Origin: Raillietiella orientalis | Lineage: Eukaryota | Assembly: GCA_036172245.1 (NCBI GenBank) | Contig: JAYWIR010000015.1 | Coordinates: forward strand, 682,001 to 746,000 | DNA length: 64,000 bases | Reading direction: 5' to 3' | Shown here: in pieces, positions 1 through 13,700 of the stretch | How positions within the stretch are numbered: the stretch's first letter is position 1 | Layout: every line of letters starts with the position of its first letter | The notes under the pieces: model-generated | The model's input: the letters and a program-made list of their open reading frames with translations, nothing else | Database searches by the model: none | Told to the model about the DNA's origin: nothing | Program-made: the position numbers and the translations under genes

Positions 1-270
1 TTCCCACATCCTGGATGGCTCCTTCATGAGAGTAAAATGCTCAGACTGGATGAATACCTCCGATCTTCCTTCCGGTGTATCCTAGCTTTCTGGTGTGCCC
101 TTCCCTTCCCTCCCTCCCTCTCCCCCCCCCCCCTTTTTCCCCCACTAATTTTTTGCATGGAATGGGTTCATGTCTTATTCCGAAGAACGTCTTCAGTTCG
201 ATGTTATTCTTCTGTGCAATCATCTTTGTTCTCCTTTTATATCTTTAGTTTTAGAGAATGCCTATAAATA
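1..270 (-). mobile_element. Degenerate LINE reverse-transcriptase fragment (runs off window edge)
   Basis: ORF 41..223(-) KNNIELKTFFGIRHEP...RKLGYTGRKIGGI resembles the non-LTR RT stretch N..L...Q.GFR ... KL...G+.G. By-eye match only. Confidence 0.4.
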
Positions 271-1449
271 ATCGAGCTCAGACCATTCAAGTGCACTGAA
301 AAGAGGCTAGTGCACCCATTCGGATGTCCTCTCGTGTAATATAGTAAACGGAACTAACGGTTCTTCCTTAATGCTGCGTGATCGGAGTGTCGTACAATAG
401 ATAACTGAAAAATCGATAAGACCCAACGTCAGAGTCTCCAGCTTTAGCTGTCAACGAGCTCGAAAATTTAAACCATCCAGGAAATAAAATAAGATGATGC
501 CAAGGAGGTCAGTGGCATGTTTTTCAGGGAGATATTTTTACCCATGGGTTTCAAATATATGCTGGTAAAGAGTCAAAAGCAACGTAGTAGAAAGTGGTCC
601 AGAAAAAAAAAAAAAAGAAACTGTGATGAAATCAGCTGATACCTATAGCCAAATGACCACTTTTTAAATGCATGCTTTGGGAAGAAAAAAAAATTGCATC
701 CATACAAGACACCATTATGCGATACATATTCAGAGCATGAGCTGAGATCACCATCGATCATTTGTTAGGGAAACTACGCCTGGGTAAGGAAAGTTAGGAG
801 TACTGAAGATGAACTGTTTCAAGCATCTTTATTTCAACAAATGATGCGATACCTCCTGGTGCAGATCTTCGTCCACATCACGACTCCTGGCCTTTGGATT
901 TTCTTGCTAATTTCAATGCGATTTGTTTTGAGGGCAGGTCAGCAACTGGTTCAACTACTGTTTAACTGATGGATGGTGAAAAGGGACCCTTGGAGGACCT
1001 GGCATATGATTCGCGAAAACGAGCTCCAGGTTTGAGATGCAAGAGATCGACCAACAGAAGCATCCGAAGTACTTCAAAGGTCCAGATGTACGCGAAGCTG
1101 CTAAAGAGGGTGGTTTCAGTTCAGTTCAGTTCAACTTCCAATCGGCGAGAAGACATACACATATTTCAGAGAGGCGTCTCCTTCGTCCTCATTTTCTTTG
1201 GCGTGCGACGTGGTTACGCTGAAACATTTGCAGCAGCCAGAAGAAAGGCGGGTGGATTGCCAGACGTGTCATCACCCTGCACGGAACGGGAACACGAAAT
1301 TCAGAAACTTTGCCCGGGTGCTTGGGCAAGCGTCAAGGAGGAGGAAGCATTCAGGTTCATGGATTCGGGGCGGAAAAGAGCCGAAGGAACTTCGTTCCCT
1401 GCAAGGCGTCGGAGATGGAAAAGCTGCAGTTCAACATCCCAGAATTCGA

Positions 1450-2950
1450 AAAGTCTTTGAGAGAACCAAATTCTACGAGCCCACGCTGTTGGCGTGGAGC
1501 TCGAAGGTTTCCTTCCAGGGTAGCTTGTGATAATGCGGTGCCGTGAAGATTTCTCGAAAGAAGTGGAGTGTGGTGGTGGTGATGGCTTTTCCATCGAAAG
1601 GCAAAACCTGGCGTCAAGTGAATGAAGAAGTGGTGCCGTGTAAAGAGTAGTCGTCGACATTTTCCGCTTGCTCTCACTTGATGGACGAGTGAAACGAACA
1701 AACAGAAAAACATCTGCGTAGAGTTCCTATCCGATCGGGACGGGGATAGAGCAAGATTAATGAAGCATTAATCCTCTCGATAAGGCTGAAATCAAATTCA
1801 AGCAGCAAACCGATGATTTATAGCACGCCACAGCACGTGCAGGATGGTTCATCCCGATCGTAGGACTGATGGACCCAAACGTAGAAGACGTTTCATCATG
1901 CGAAAAGAATGCATGTTTGCGCTGTCACAGTGCCGTTACTTTGCCGTTTCGACGATCCCTCAGCGATCTGCAGTCTGTCGGATCCTGGATACGGTCTGAT
2001 CACCATCTCGGAGCGCGCACCGCCATCATCGAATGATGCGAACGACGGTTACCATCCGCATTTCCAGTGAAGAGAATCTTCAGTCAGGTTCCGGGAGGAG
2101 GAGGACCCATACACAAACACGCAGCACGCACGCACGCACGCACGCACGAACAAAACTAATCTTCAACTGATGGAGATTAAACAGTTGTCTTTCCGCTGAC
2201 AGCAAATGCAGCTTCTAGCGAATTCCGGAGAAGCAAACAGACTCAGCCTTGGAAACGAATCTCAGCGTCCTTGGAGAAGAGGCATTAACCAAAGAAAATC
2301 GGTAAGAACGTTTGCACGTGATTTATTGATTGATTTTTTTTTTTTTTTCCCCTTCCTTCTTCTCTCTTTCACAGTCACTCTCCCCAAACCTTTCATTTCC
2401 ACGATCGGGGAAACTCGGAGGTGCCAGGACGGTGTCGGAAGCCGACCTGCCGCAGTACCGATTCAAGGTAACGCATCTTTTTTTCTCCTGCTCACGAAGA
2501 AAGTTGGTCACAAAGCAGCTGCCCATCGGGGAAACCCCGCTCCAGGTTTTTCGCGAACTTTGCCCAGTGCTCACGGGAGTGGCGTTGAACTAGGAAAGTG
2601 CAACGAATTTTTGGAACGAGAAATCACAACGTTCCATCTAAAACAACGGCAGCCGCTTCTTTGGAGCCCGTGAGCCCTGTACCCGTTTCCTGGCCGAGAT
2701 CGAAGCGCTGACTTTGGTCACCTACATTTTTCTCTCGACAAGCGATACAGTGGCAAGGGCTCGCCCTATGCCACTGTATCGCTGAGGTACGCCAAGGGTG
2801 TGCCCGCCAATCAAGGGCCTGGCTGGAGAGCCGAGGAAAGTTACGACTCTTCTGTTCATGAGAAGAGACGGATGCTGTTCTGAGTAAGCCTTAGAGATGG
2901 TCGAGAGTAACAAACCTCCGGAGCACGAGCAAGAAGTCTGATACTGGCAA
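1450..2950 (-). mobile_element. Degenerate Penelope-like element (RT plus GIY-YIG relic)
   Basis: Motif relics in PLE order on minus: GSPARPLIG (ORF 2722..2913, cf. P.RPIVS), GVSPMGS...NRY (2323..2574, cf. G.PMGSPLS...RYVDD), VHQVRASGKCRR (1357..1713, cf. VVY.I.C..C). Confidence 0.55.
2121..2148. repeat. (GCAC)n microsatellite
   Basis: About six tandem GCAC units seen directly. Confidence 0.9.
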
Positions 2951-3859
2951 TTCGGCAGCGAGAATCTTCTAGAATGCGAAGTGCGGTTTTCCTCATATTA
3001 GGAATCTACTTTTAGAATAAAAAGTGGACTTTTTTCTTTAAAGGATTTCTAGAACAATCGTGGCAGCGAGCCTGGATACAAGAAAACACACATGCCTTTA
3101 GAAAAGGATGAGGGAGCCGGCTACAGGAATTTGCTTCGTTCACCTCTGTGCACATTTGCAGAGGCGCGCGCGCGCAAAGCAATCCTCCGAAAGGTCAGAT
3201 CTGCCACCTACGTCACACGCTTGCATATTTGCAGGGGAAAGCTACAATGAAGACGCATCCTCCCATATCCTCACATCTCTCTTGCCCAATCAAATCTCCT
3301 CGTTACTGCTTCATCGCTGCGACCGTTATTTCTGATGCCTCATTAAATTTGCCTTTATGACAGCTAAACGAAGGAAATGGAAAGTCATCGTTTCCCACTG
3401 AGTGGTTGCTAGAGACTGAAATGACAGACGCGAAGAAGACTGCTGCGAGGGGAGACAAGCTGAGTGGAGGGAACAATGTGGGTGAGAGGGAAAAGATCTT
3501 CCTTAGTGAAGTCCATGAGCTCTCTTCACCTCACCTTTGAGAACGACAAAGACAGAGTTAGCAAGAGTTTCCACATTGTGCGGAAATCTCTCTTCAGGTG
3601 CCTTCCAAGACAAGGGAAGGTTTTATCTCCAGGACAAGTATATACTGTTAGACTGCTACTCAAGGAATGGAGCATTCACAGGAAGTCAGCACGATGACTA
3701 CCGCCGAAAATTCCTCTCTTTGGTGAAGCAAGAATTCCAGCAAAGAAAAAACTGCCACTGTTCACCCTTTTCTGATCCACTGGTTGGTCGATGCTCTCAA
3801 CCACCATTCGCAGAAGGAAAAAAAAAAAAAAAATACTCACAAATGAAGAGTTCTTGAAT

Positions 3860-5930
3860 CCCTTTTCCCAGTGACGGCAGCTACATCGAAGAGGAAGAGG
3901 TTCTCCAGCCGAGGGAGTGGACATGCAAAGGCATCATTCGATGGCGAATGCCTAGACAGACAGAGTGACCATGGTGCCAGATCAGGAGATCCCATGTACG
4001 CCGCAACTGGAACAGATGGAACGTGACTCGTGTGGCACACGTGCACCACCTGAACAGGGGCGGGCAGCCATGCTCTCGGTGAACACACGCTAAGAATCTG
4101 AAACGGCAGCGGCGACGATGGCGTAAAAGAATTCTTTTTTTTTTTTTGGCCTACATACTACGGGAAGACACGCAGGATAGAATTCGTCTTGCAGCTTCAA
4201 GAGAGGACTCTCTCGAAGATGCCTTTTTGTATCCGGTGAAAATTTGCGATGGTTCCTCGAAGTCAGAGATTTCTGAAGGTCGTCCGGATACCCTCCTCTC
4301 CCTGGGGTAAGGTGTGCTGGCCCATGAACTCTGGATCGAATACCACGTACCCCATGCTACGTGGACCAGCTACCAGTGCCGGCACCGGCTTTTGCCTTTG
4401 TGGAAGATGTATTTATTGTGGAGGTTATTCATGCTATGTGGGAAATAGATGAATAGGTTACAAGTAGTCGGATAGATGGGATGGTCAGAGCATTAAGGGG
4501 GCTATTATGGCTCTGAGAATTGTGGAAAGTAGGATAATTGGTGAAGGTGAGAGGGATATGATGAATATGGGGGCTGGTTTTTGTCAGCATAGGAGAATTC
4601 TGGTTGATAGTCACGAGGAGTTGTTGATGATGGGCAATAGTCAATAATGAAATGGTAGTGTGCCTAGTTTTATGAGTATGATTACTGAGATAGTTGGGAT
4701 ATAATGTGATCGGATCTGGCCGCCGCAGTTCCTTTCACTTGGATCTCTGGCTATCCTCTCAAAGAGCACCCTTCTCATTCTCATCTCCCTCCTCCCTCTC
4801 CCTTTCGCGAAATTTTGCGTCGAGCTCCCATTCACACCTCTTCTAGCACGGACTTCTCTTGAGAGAACGAATGGTCGGTGGCCCGATGGTAAGCTCAATT
4901 CGACGGAGATAAAGCAGAGGCGGGTACATCAAGAGGTAGAGGTAATCAAGAGGAGAGCATCTCGGATCACGATCTTCTTAAAGAGCCCAGGAGGGGAAAG
5001 CGCTCACGGTTTGCTCTGTTAGGGGGCGGAACAGAAGGGGCTCTTAAAACGGAAGGGGAAGGAAGTGACTCGAAGGGATCCTTCGGGATGGGTCTGGAGG
5101 AATCGACTGTTAATCAGAACAGATGATTCGAGCTCTTGAAAACTTCCTGCGGGCGTGAGGAGGGAGTTCCCCCTTCCGGAAGTGATGCTAACACGATGAA
5201 CTTTTGGAAGGTGGGCTGGAGATACCCTGCAGCATGAGCTCCGAGAACGAAGACGTGCAGCGCTGCAGCCGCCACGAGCAGGGGAAAGTTTCTGGAAAAA
5301 AAAACTTTTCCTTGGCGCACCTCTGCATCGAGAGATCATGGACTTTGATGTCCACTTTTGATAAGAACCGCCCGAAACCTCTTAATCCGGGAAAGATCAA
5401 AGTCGACGCCTAAGGAAATTCGGATAGATTCCAGGAACAAGAAATATAAAGAGCTTCTCGGAAGTTCGTTAGAATGGAAGCGAGAGATAGCCTCAGCCAC
5501 CTCCAAAGCCCCCGTTACGTGGTTGTTGACGAAACGAGGACTGCTGCTGCTCCCGGGGCCAGAATCACACGTCATGGGAGGCGAAGGGCACAACACTGTC
5601 CTGAACGGGATTTCTGGAGGCTCCACCGGAGAAACCGCTTGTACTCTCTGCGAGTTCAGCAATCGCCTGAACTCTGGGTAGTCAGCCCACGCGTGTCGCT
5701 GTGTCCAACACTGCATTTGTGCCCTCGCTTCATTCTCCGACCACCCTTCCAAGTGCTCGGCAACCCGGGATGCGATTAAGGGTTTTCCCGGAAAGGCCAG
5801 TTTTTCGGATGTGGAAAGGGAGGAAGAAGGGGAAGGAAGATGGAATCCTGTGTCAGGCAAGACCGAAAACGCGCCAGCAGCAACCAGGAACGGTGGAGAA
5901 CAAGGATACCGCTCCCCGCTCTAAGAACAC
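3860..5930 (-). mobile_element. Possible decayed non-LTR ORF1/gag region, interrupted by a NUMT
   Basis: Long Pro/Ser-rich minus frames (5336..5860, 5019..5339) and a Cys-His knuckle-like relic ICSSCGVHG near 3990-4020. No strong family motif. Confidence 0.3.
4400..4710 (-). pseudogene. nad2: NUMT: mitochondrial NADH dehydrogenase subunit 2 fragment
   Basis: With the invertebrate mitochondrial code (TGA=W, ATA=M, AGA=S) the minus strand reads HYIPTISVIMLMKLGTLPFHYWLLPIINNSSWLSTSILLCWQKPAPMFIMSLSPSPIILLSTILSAMMAP, then after a 1-nt shift LNALTIPSIRLLVTYSSISHMAWM. This contains the ND2 motifs KLGxxPFHxW, WQKxAP and YSSIxHxxW, with TGA at each conserved Trp. Confidence 0.92.
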
Positions 5931-6299
5931 CTAGGACCCCAGCTTAGCCTCATCTGTGTGCGACTAGCGAAGCGAAAAACAAGGGAACTCTCGTTTTCCG
6001 CTTGCAGACCGAACTATCCCAGCTTCCGGCTAGGGAGCAGTCTCGGAGGCACGCAAGGTGGATGAAAACCCGATCCGAAATATACACCACTTCCTCCCAG
6101 TCTCCAAAAAAAAGTTCCCCTTCGCCGCAGAATCCAAGGACCTCCAGCAATTAACAGCAAAATCGACGAGTTCCCTTTCGAAAGTGCGCCGCACCTGCGT
6201 ATCACGGAGAGCCTGAAACTAGGGAGACCAACCGGCATTCAAGGTCGGCAATCAGGCAACAGAAGGATTTTTTCTTTGCTTCTTCTTATTCTTCTCCTT

Positions 6300-8000
6300 T
6301 TTTTTCGTTGCACACAGATGATCCTCACCAGCTTTTTTCTCCATCTTCCTTCATTCCTCCTTGTGATCGGAGTATGAAGGTAGGTCCTGTCGCTCTTCTC
6401 CGAAGACATCGTCCACACAATTCCAACAAGTGGTCCACTTAATATTCACTACAGTCTTGGCGTTCCTCACCGTGTCGGCAGTACACGGCAGCTTTCATTT
6501 TGAATCTGGCTGTTTGCTGAGAACCCTTGTATCGGTCAAGCCTCACAAGCACGCGGACTCTGGACTGCATTTTCCCCATGACAAAAACAGAGGACCGAAA
6601 AAAAAAAAAAGGATAGTTTTCCTGCCCCGGGATTAGCTTCTCACATAGCGCACACTCTCTAGCGATGATTCCTTCCCCACAACAGGATGTTTTGCTTATC
6701 TCTCCACAGAGCTTTCATGAGCCTGGCTGGTGACAACAGCACCACTGCCAGTCCTCCGCCAGAAAACGGCGGGCATCGCTGCTGGCAACACGATGCCTGA
6801 TGAAACCGAGTTGATCAAAGGACTGTCCTGCACAGAGCTTTCAACTTGCAGCGTTGGAGGCTTGAGGTTGATGGAAAAGTGGAGAGACACTTGCCGGTAG
6901 GATGATGTCTACGTCGCAGGTTCGAAACCCACAAGACCCATTCGAATTTGAGCCTTCCTATGAATTCGTCTTTTGTCTGGAGCCAACACGCACGTTGACT
7001 GCATTCACTACTGGCAAATCCCTTCGAGGGCTCTCCCTTTCGCGCCAAGTGTTACGTCGGTGAGCTATGAGTGTCGAGAGATGTGCTGGCTTCAGAATCG
7101 ATAAACCTTAAGAGAGTGGGAGCCTCAAGGCTTGGGCACACCCCAGCATGGAGCTATGCCTGCGTAAAAGTAGGGTTACTAGGAACTACAGGTCCTTTCC
7201 AGGGAATGGAATCGTCCACGTCATAGTTCGCCATGCTCACGACACGAACACCGTTCGCCCTCATTGTTCGGTTTGAGAGTATCCATCATCCCTTTGATAG
7301 ATGCAGTGGTCAACGCCGTTTGTTTGAATGGAGTTGGAACGGGGTTCGCAGGACTCGTGGTACATCGTGGGATATGAGAAGAATGGGAAACCGCGCCGAA
7401 TGAAGAAGATGAAATCACGAAAAGGTTGCAATCTCATTGCAGACGTCAAAGCCAGACTCCCACAGACGGAGAAGTCCGAGTGGACCTTTGGAGAGACCAC
7501 ATCAATCACGGCCCCGCAAAAAAAAAAACAAAGACAAAAGGTCAATGACGCATTCACCGGATCCATTCGCACTGCTTATCTCAAGAAGCATCCTTAAGAA
7601 ACAACATGAACGAAGTGCTCCGTTCGAGATAAACCGGAAAGAGACGGTCCAATCGCCGAATTCATGTCATTCATCGTGAATCCAATCGGACCGTTTCGTT
7701 GAGCTCGGCGTCTTCGATTTTCATTCGAGAGCAGGAAAAAATTCAAGCATCAGGTAAGAAGGTATCGAGGCGACTAGGGAAAAATGGACGCTGGAAATCC
7801 AATGGTGTTTGCAGCGATCTTGGAGTCTCTCTCACGATCGGAAGCGCGTCCGAGATCTCCAGGATGCGGGATGCTGGTGGAAACCCGAGCTCATTTTGCG
7901 GAGCAGGCGAAAGGCTTCCAGAGGCAAATTCTTCTAAGGTGTAGAAGGACATGGAATCGAGACCCAGTGAATCCTTGTGGATCTTGTATAGCTATTAGCG
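6300..8000 (-). mobile_element. Degenerate Penelope-like element
   Basis: LSPAPQNELGFPP (7743..7952, cf. PLE N-terminal LS..E..L.KGL.F.P), SIPWKGPVVPSNPTF near 7165-7210 (cf. IP.RPIVS...SPTY), VQDSPLINSV...PAVFWRR (6696..6890, cf. MGSPLSP...P.+W.RY). Confidence 0.5.
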
Positions 8001-8299
8001 CTGTTGCTGTGTCACGTTTTCGACCTGTATCACCTTGCTCTATGGTCAGTTAGTTTTTTTTAAAGAAGGAGAATGCTTAAGATTTCCTTGTCTTCGTCTC
8101 TCTTCATGCGAGTTCGCGAAGGATCGTACTCCGAGGAACCAGCACAGGTTTTCCCGAGCAGCGGAATAGGTTGCTGGCCTCTGCTGCTCACTCCCACTGA
8201 AGATCACTGAATTTCATCCGTGTGCCGATGGCTTCCCGCAGACTGAAGGACTCAAGAAATGATCCTAATCTTAGCACGAGGAAGGAAAGACTCCCTGCG

Positions 8300-11200
8300 A
8301 GTAACTTGGAGCAAAGCAGCTTGCTTCTCCTTGCCTCCCAGTCGTGATGCTCTTCGTTGCGCGCTCGCTCTTCGGCTGGAGGAGCTTCTTCGAGGAGGGA
8401 GCATTGCTTTCATCAGTGTCCACTCTTGGTTGTTAGCCGAGTCGCTCGGAGGACTCTCAGGAGGGAACGAAACTCATCAAAGAGCGGATCAGCGAATTTC
8501 TTCAGGTGAGCGCGCACATTAGACAGCGTCTCACGGACTCCGCCCATTTCTTCCTTCGTTTCCAAGTCCTCCGTCCGTTTGCAGATAGAGTTTTCTGCCT
8601 CGTGCAGCCGCGAAACAGAGTCGGGGAGCAGTGCAAGGCTCCGGGAAACGCATCCATCGAAACACGGAAATGCCGCCATGAGGAATCTTCCATGACCCGC
8701 CTTTCCAGCTTGGAGCGAATGCAGAGGGAATTCCCGGTTGTTTCCGCGTTCCGTTCAAGGCTCAAGAAAGAAACGATGCAGCAATATGCTGGGATGGAAA
8801 AGGGCACAACTAGGAGAGAAGAAAAGCGCACCAAAGCACGACCATCCTCATTTTTCGTATCGCGGATCCCTGCCAGACCGAGAGCGTCCTTGCTACACCC
8901 TGGAACGGGCGAGGAGTAAACAGGACCAGCGTGGATGAAGCAAGGAACAATTGCCGATGTACCCTTGGTTATGAACGGCATGAATGCATGCAAAAAGGCG
9001 AATCAGGGCGTTGCCTACTTCTATGGGAAGATCTGCAGAACTTTTACAATGCTCTGGGTCAACTCGCGATGGATGTCTGGACCCAAACTTGCAACCGAGA
9101 TACGTGATCAGTCGTTGAAACGTTCGCCGATGAGAGCATCTCCGAGTATCGGCCAGGCACGCTTCTTCACATCAGGGGAACATGGCTGTACCCGAAGGAG
9201 AATGCGGGCAGCACGCTTTGGAGCAGGGCTGCAGCCCTCTCGGTGGGGAAACGTGCCGCTAACGAGCTCCGAAAAAATCTCCATGGTTGCATCCTGTTTT
9301 CGATTCCTCTTAATCTTCCGACACGATCTTTTCGTTCCATTTCGTGCTTGGAGAGCAGCAGTTCCCTGCAGGTGAAGCTCCACGGCTGACGTCCCTCGTT
9401 TTTCCTAACAAGCGGATGTCGGTTATGAGCCAATGTCGACTCTCCGCCTCCATTTCACAACGTGAAATTCGACAGTTTGTCTTTTCGCGTGCTCCGCTTG
9501 ATTTTGCTCCGCTTCCTTCTTTGGCAGAGGTGTGTGCTGACGTCCAAGTTAACTCTCGGACGTATTCGCGAATCTTTGATTCTTCTCTTGGGGCCTGCGA
9601 GTTCGGGCAAGAAAAGTTCGAGTCTTGCGACCTACGTTAAGCAAGGCGGTCTCTCCAGGAGCAAATTTGCGTCGTGGGACCCCTAATTTATCGAGAAAAC
9701 TTCGATTTCTAATTCCGTCTTCTAATAAAAAACCTTTTTTTAAAAAAAAAAGAAAAAAAAAGTGGCATCTCGGTTTGCCGAAAAAGCTCAAAGGGAGGAG
9801 GGGAAGAGGGGTAAACATCGAAATGGACATCTACTGGAGACCCAGCCAACGATTTCTGCAGATCTTTCCCATCGATGTGAGAGTTCGTGCTCCGGATCCT
9901 GCTGTCTCCATCTTTTCCGAGCACTCCCGATGCTCGCTTTCCTCCCGACAGTTGTTGTCGCACCAAGACGTGACAGGATCGAGGAACTTTCCCTCCGCAG
10001 AACTTTGATGAAGGTTTGGTGGGAGAGGCTCGATCCCTTGACGTCGAAACGAACTCGCTCGGCTGCTCTTCGGCAGCCAGCTTCCTCAACGCGATGACAT
10101 AAACATCCCACTCTGGAGTTCCAACAGAATCGCTTGAAAGTCCTCAATTCCTGGGAGACATCGGATGCATCACTTTGCAAGGAGGACGATTCGCGAATGG
10201 GAAGAGAGTCCCTCCGCAGATGTCTCCGTTACCACTTTGGTCCATCGCTCCTTACTGCGGTCTTCAGACAAGCTGAAAGTCTTCCAATCGCGGCGATGAT
10301 GCAACTTTTATCCCAAACTGCAGTTCTCGAAGCGGCGATGTCTCGTTTCTAAATCTTCTCTTTCTTCGAGATGATTCCCGCTCTCCCTCCACCCCCCCCC
10401 CCCTTCTCTCTCCATGATCTGCGTTTCGCAACTTCCTGAGAAAAATGCAGGAAGATTCCTGAGCGAGCCACGCTTTGTCTCGGGAAAGCCGAGTTGAATT
10501 TTTCCCGGGTGGGTGCTCGAAGGAAGAGAAAGACAATGGCGCTCTGTATATTGAGCTCTGGTGAGACAATGACAGCTCCTCGGACACCAAAGGGATCTTT
10601 CGGAAACCCAAGTGCGAATCATGAAATAGGAGACCAGGGCTGGTAGACGAGTGCGATCTTCAAGTTGCGATTTCCAGCAGAAAATGGAACTGAGGCTGGG
10701 CGCGTAATGACATTACATTCTGCACCTTCAGTCGGCCCTTCTGCTCCCGCGTTTTCCTTTCTTTTCACTTGCCTTTTGTCCCCGCACCGTCTCTGGAGCT
10801 GCAAAGCGAAGGCAAATGCGAACGCGCCCTCCGTGCCCCGCTGCCTTTGCACTCTCGCTGGGTAAGGAGTCAAAGGGAAGGAGTTCGAAGACCTTCGCAG
10901 ACAAAACGGAGTGAACGAAGTGCTGGGAATATCTAAGGGCGCGGCAGCAGACGAAGGGGTGTCAGGATGCTTTCGACTGGGATCGGGCTGTCAGCAGCAC
11001 ATTTTCCCCGTGTTCTTCAGATGGAGGGGCACATTTTATCGCGAGGCACCACGAAAGAAGGGGGGTGGCACATCACGGGAGGTGCAGAGCACAGCGAGCA
11101 AATTTCCCGCCTACTCTGCTCGAACCATCAAGTCGTCCATGAAGGAGATCACAACCGCGACCACTACGGCTTACTCCAGGAGCCTGGAACCTGTGATAAT

Positions 11201-11550
11201 GGTCAGCTGCGTTCAGTCTGATAGCCGTCCTTGCTAGTCCTTGCCAGCCCTTCCAAAATTCAGATCCTCTCAGCTTCTCCCCCATCGTCTGCCGCGCATT
11301 TTACGCAGAGTGGAGCGTGGCCCGGTGCAAATTCTCCCAGGCAAACGAAACCACGCTGCGGTCAAGATTCTGGAATCCAGGAGCGAAGGAACAAGGCAGA
11401 GCGACGAGGGCTGCGTGGAAATCACAACAGGCACACCTACACAAGCCCTCCTTCCGCGAGCTCAGGAATCACAATCGAAATCGCAATCACGGAGCTCAAC
11501 AGAATGATGCCCGTCGCAGCTTCATCATTGCTCACGAGCTGTGAGTGAAG
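8300..11550 (-). mobile_element. Degenerate LINE ORF2 (weak endonuclease relic, RT, C-terminus)
   Basis: GKVPRSCHVL...GGK...DGKDLQKSL (9709..10089, cf. G.+P.SWK...K.GK...GK+LE), TYLGCKFGS at about 9079-9105 (cf. KYLGV.F.S), PVYSSPV (8502..8993, cf. LEYASPVW). The order is colinear on minus. Confidence 0.55.
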
Positions 11551-11900
11551 AAGGGGCTCATTTCAAATTAATGACGTTGTTACACCGAAACCTCACGCAG
11601 CAGAGGTCTCCATGCGATCACTAAATAGGACTCGTGCAAGCTATCGGCCGACCCGGTGAAGGCAAGGATGGCGTGTCAAAGGTCAACGCAGTGGAAGATC
11701 TCTCGATTCACTGGAGAGGAATACTCGGTAAATTATTAACAAGAGAAATCAAGGCATGGATGCAGTCAACCGTCCTGCTATTTACTGGGCTTTGCCATTT
11801 CTTCATCTTTTCGCGCGTGTCCAAAGATATGTATTTGAACAGAAGTTCTGATCATGAGCACCAGAGCATTCAGCAAACGCACACAAGAAAGCAAGGAACG

Positions 11901-11997
11901 TAAACAGGAAGTGGATGTCTGGAGCGCACTGTGGAATTAATGGAATATCCATTACACAGTAAACAGGAAGTGGATGTGTCTAGAGCGCTCACTGTGG
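11901..11997. repeat. Short imperfect direct repeat (about 33-37 nt, two copies)
   Basis: TAAACAGGAAGTGGATGTCTGGAGCGCACTGTGG at 11901 versus TAAACAGGAAGTGGATGTGTCTAGAGCGCTCACTGTGG at 11960. Confidence 0.85.
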
Positions 11998-11999
11998 CC

Positions 12000-13700
12000 T
12001 GGAAAATTGAAAATCGAAGCTTCCTGAAATTCATTCCATACGAACGAATCTCTTGAGTACATTTGCTTGAATACCAGGTCCAGCATGAATGCTGGATTTA
12101 CTGGTTTCTCAAGTATTTGAAAAAGATCTTTCGGAATCATAAACTGACATTTGGGAGAAGAAATCATCAACAGCAAGAAAATTAAATTCAGTAAGCCTTA
12201 CATCCGTCAACGTTTCAAATGCAGGAAGCAGTTCGGAGAGCGAACCGAGAGACTTTCTGGTCCGCTCGTCTCTCTTCATACGAAAACGCCTTTTGTGCTC
12301 CCGAAAAAACTAGTCGCTTCCTGTGAGAGTCTGGACTCGTCGCTTCCAAGGGCTGTACCCAATTTCGTCCCGAGTTTCTTCTTCCTTTTTGATGTCCACC
12401 GTCACTTCATCTTCAAATAACACGGTCGATGTTGTTGTGCGCGTTCAAATGACACTGTCACGATCTTCTTCCAATGTTTCTCGAGAAAACTCCATTTATG
12501 GTTTCATCACCTCCGTTTTTCGTTCGCAGTCTGGAATCAGATTGTGTCCACTCTTGTTCGTCGAAGCGAAGACCCTGAGGACGGCCATTCGGCCATCACG
12601 GCAGGAGCCAGACGGGCGAAGTTATTTATCAACCTTTCACCGTTTTTGGAATCTTCGAAGTAACAAACAAGGGAAAGAATGAACAAGAAAATGGAGAAGG
12701 TTTCCTGCGAGTCCAGCAAGAGCTCAGCATTCCTCTGTCTCTTAGTCACGGACTTTTGTTCAGTGCGATTTGTTTGTTTGCCACGTTAAAAAAAAAAAAA
12801 AAATCCCCCTTTTGTCCTTCAGGATTCGCATTGCGTTTCTTCGTGAATCTTCTCGTTTTGATGAAGCGATCTCAGTTTCGCCACCATGATGATGGCTGCC
12901 GATCCGACAAGGGATGCAGCACGTCGTTACGAGGAAGAAGTCCAATATCATCCGTCCGCAGTCCTCGCTTCGGCAAACAAGTCTTGGCATAAACAGATAC
13001 CTTTTCTGTTTTTTTCTCTTTTTTTTATTTCAGAATCTCTGGGCTATCTATACTTTTTTCTTTCTTCGACAAAACACTTTTCTCCGACACCATGCCAATC
13101 CTCCTGCAGCTTGGGAATCAAGCATATATTCTATCCGTTCCAGAACTCATTCTTCTGCTTCCTTCGTGCGCTACATCCAATAACAGCAACAGCTCGGCAG
13201 ACATTATAAGCTTACCACCTGTTTCCATAGTCCCAGCATCCTGGATTTTGCTATATCGAACCTCTTCCCATTTGTTTACACGAGAAATCTTCACTTTGAC
13301 TGTTTTGGAAATTATGATATTCTGATCCAAGTCATCTACTAGTGGTTCCACACTCTTATTCTCAAAAGAAGATTCAACCCTGGGTCCTAATAGAAGTCTT
13401 CTGCCTAAGTGAATGCTTTCGAAAGTCCATTTTCGCATCCAGTGGCGTCTGCAGCTATAGGTAATGGCTCCAGGCAGTTGTGTAGACTGCACGTCGTCTT
13501 AAGATCGAACCATCTATCAGCTTATTTGTTCTGTGCTTTTTTTGGGGTACATAGATTGTCTTTGGTTTTCTTATACACGGGTTGCAACCCTTCTCTATTC
13601 CCCGCCTTATTCTCCTGGATGCTCTCTGCGGTATTCTCCATCATTCGCTCAGCTCTCCCCTTTATTTCGTTCCTTTAACCAGTTCGATTCTATACTGAGT
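12000..13700 (-). mobile_element. Degenerate LINE RT (CR1/L2-group-like)
   Basis: ORF 13118..13492 LLLGPRV...DDLDQNIIISKTVKVKISRV...KIQD...VAHEG follows the GS+LGP...ND+...FADD.K+.R...LQ.D...+LH.G spacing. Confidence 0.5.

Noticed and set aside
1310..1400. Plus-strand KRQGGGSIQVHG resembling the Tc1/Tc3 GGGSVMVWG motif
   Set aside because: Isolated motif with no other DDE-domain features in register. Recorded because, if real, it would be an exception to the minus polarity.
1940..2095. Hammerhead ribozyme cores near PLE relics (CTGAGGGA..CGAAAC; CTGAAGA..GAAA on minus)
   Set aside because: Core mismatched or stem II cannot form. A motif or Infernal scan would be needed.
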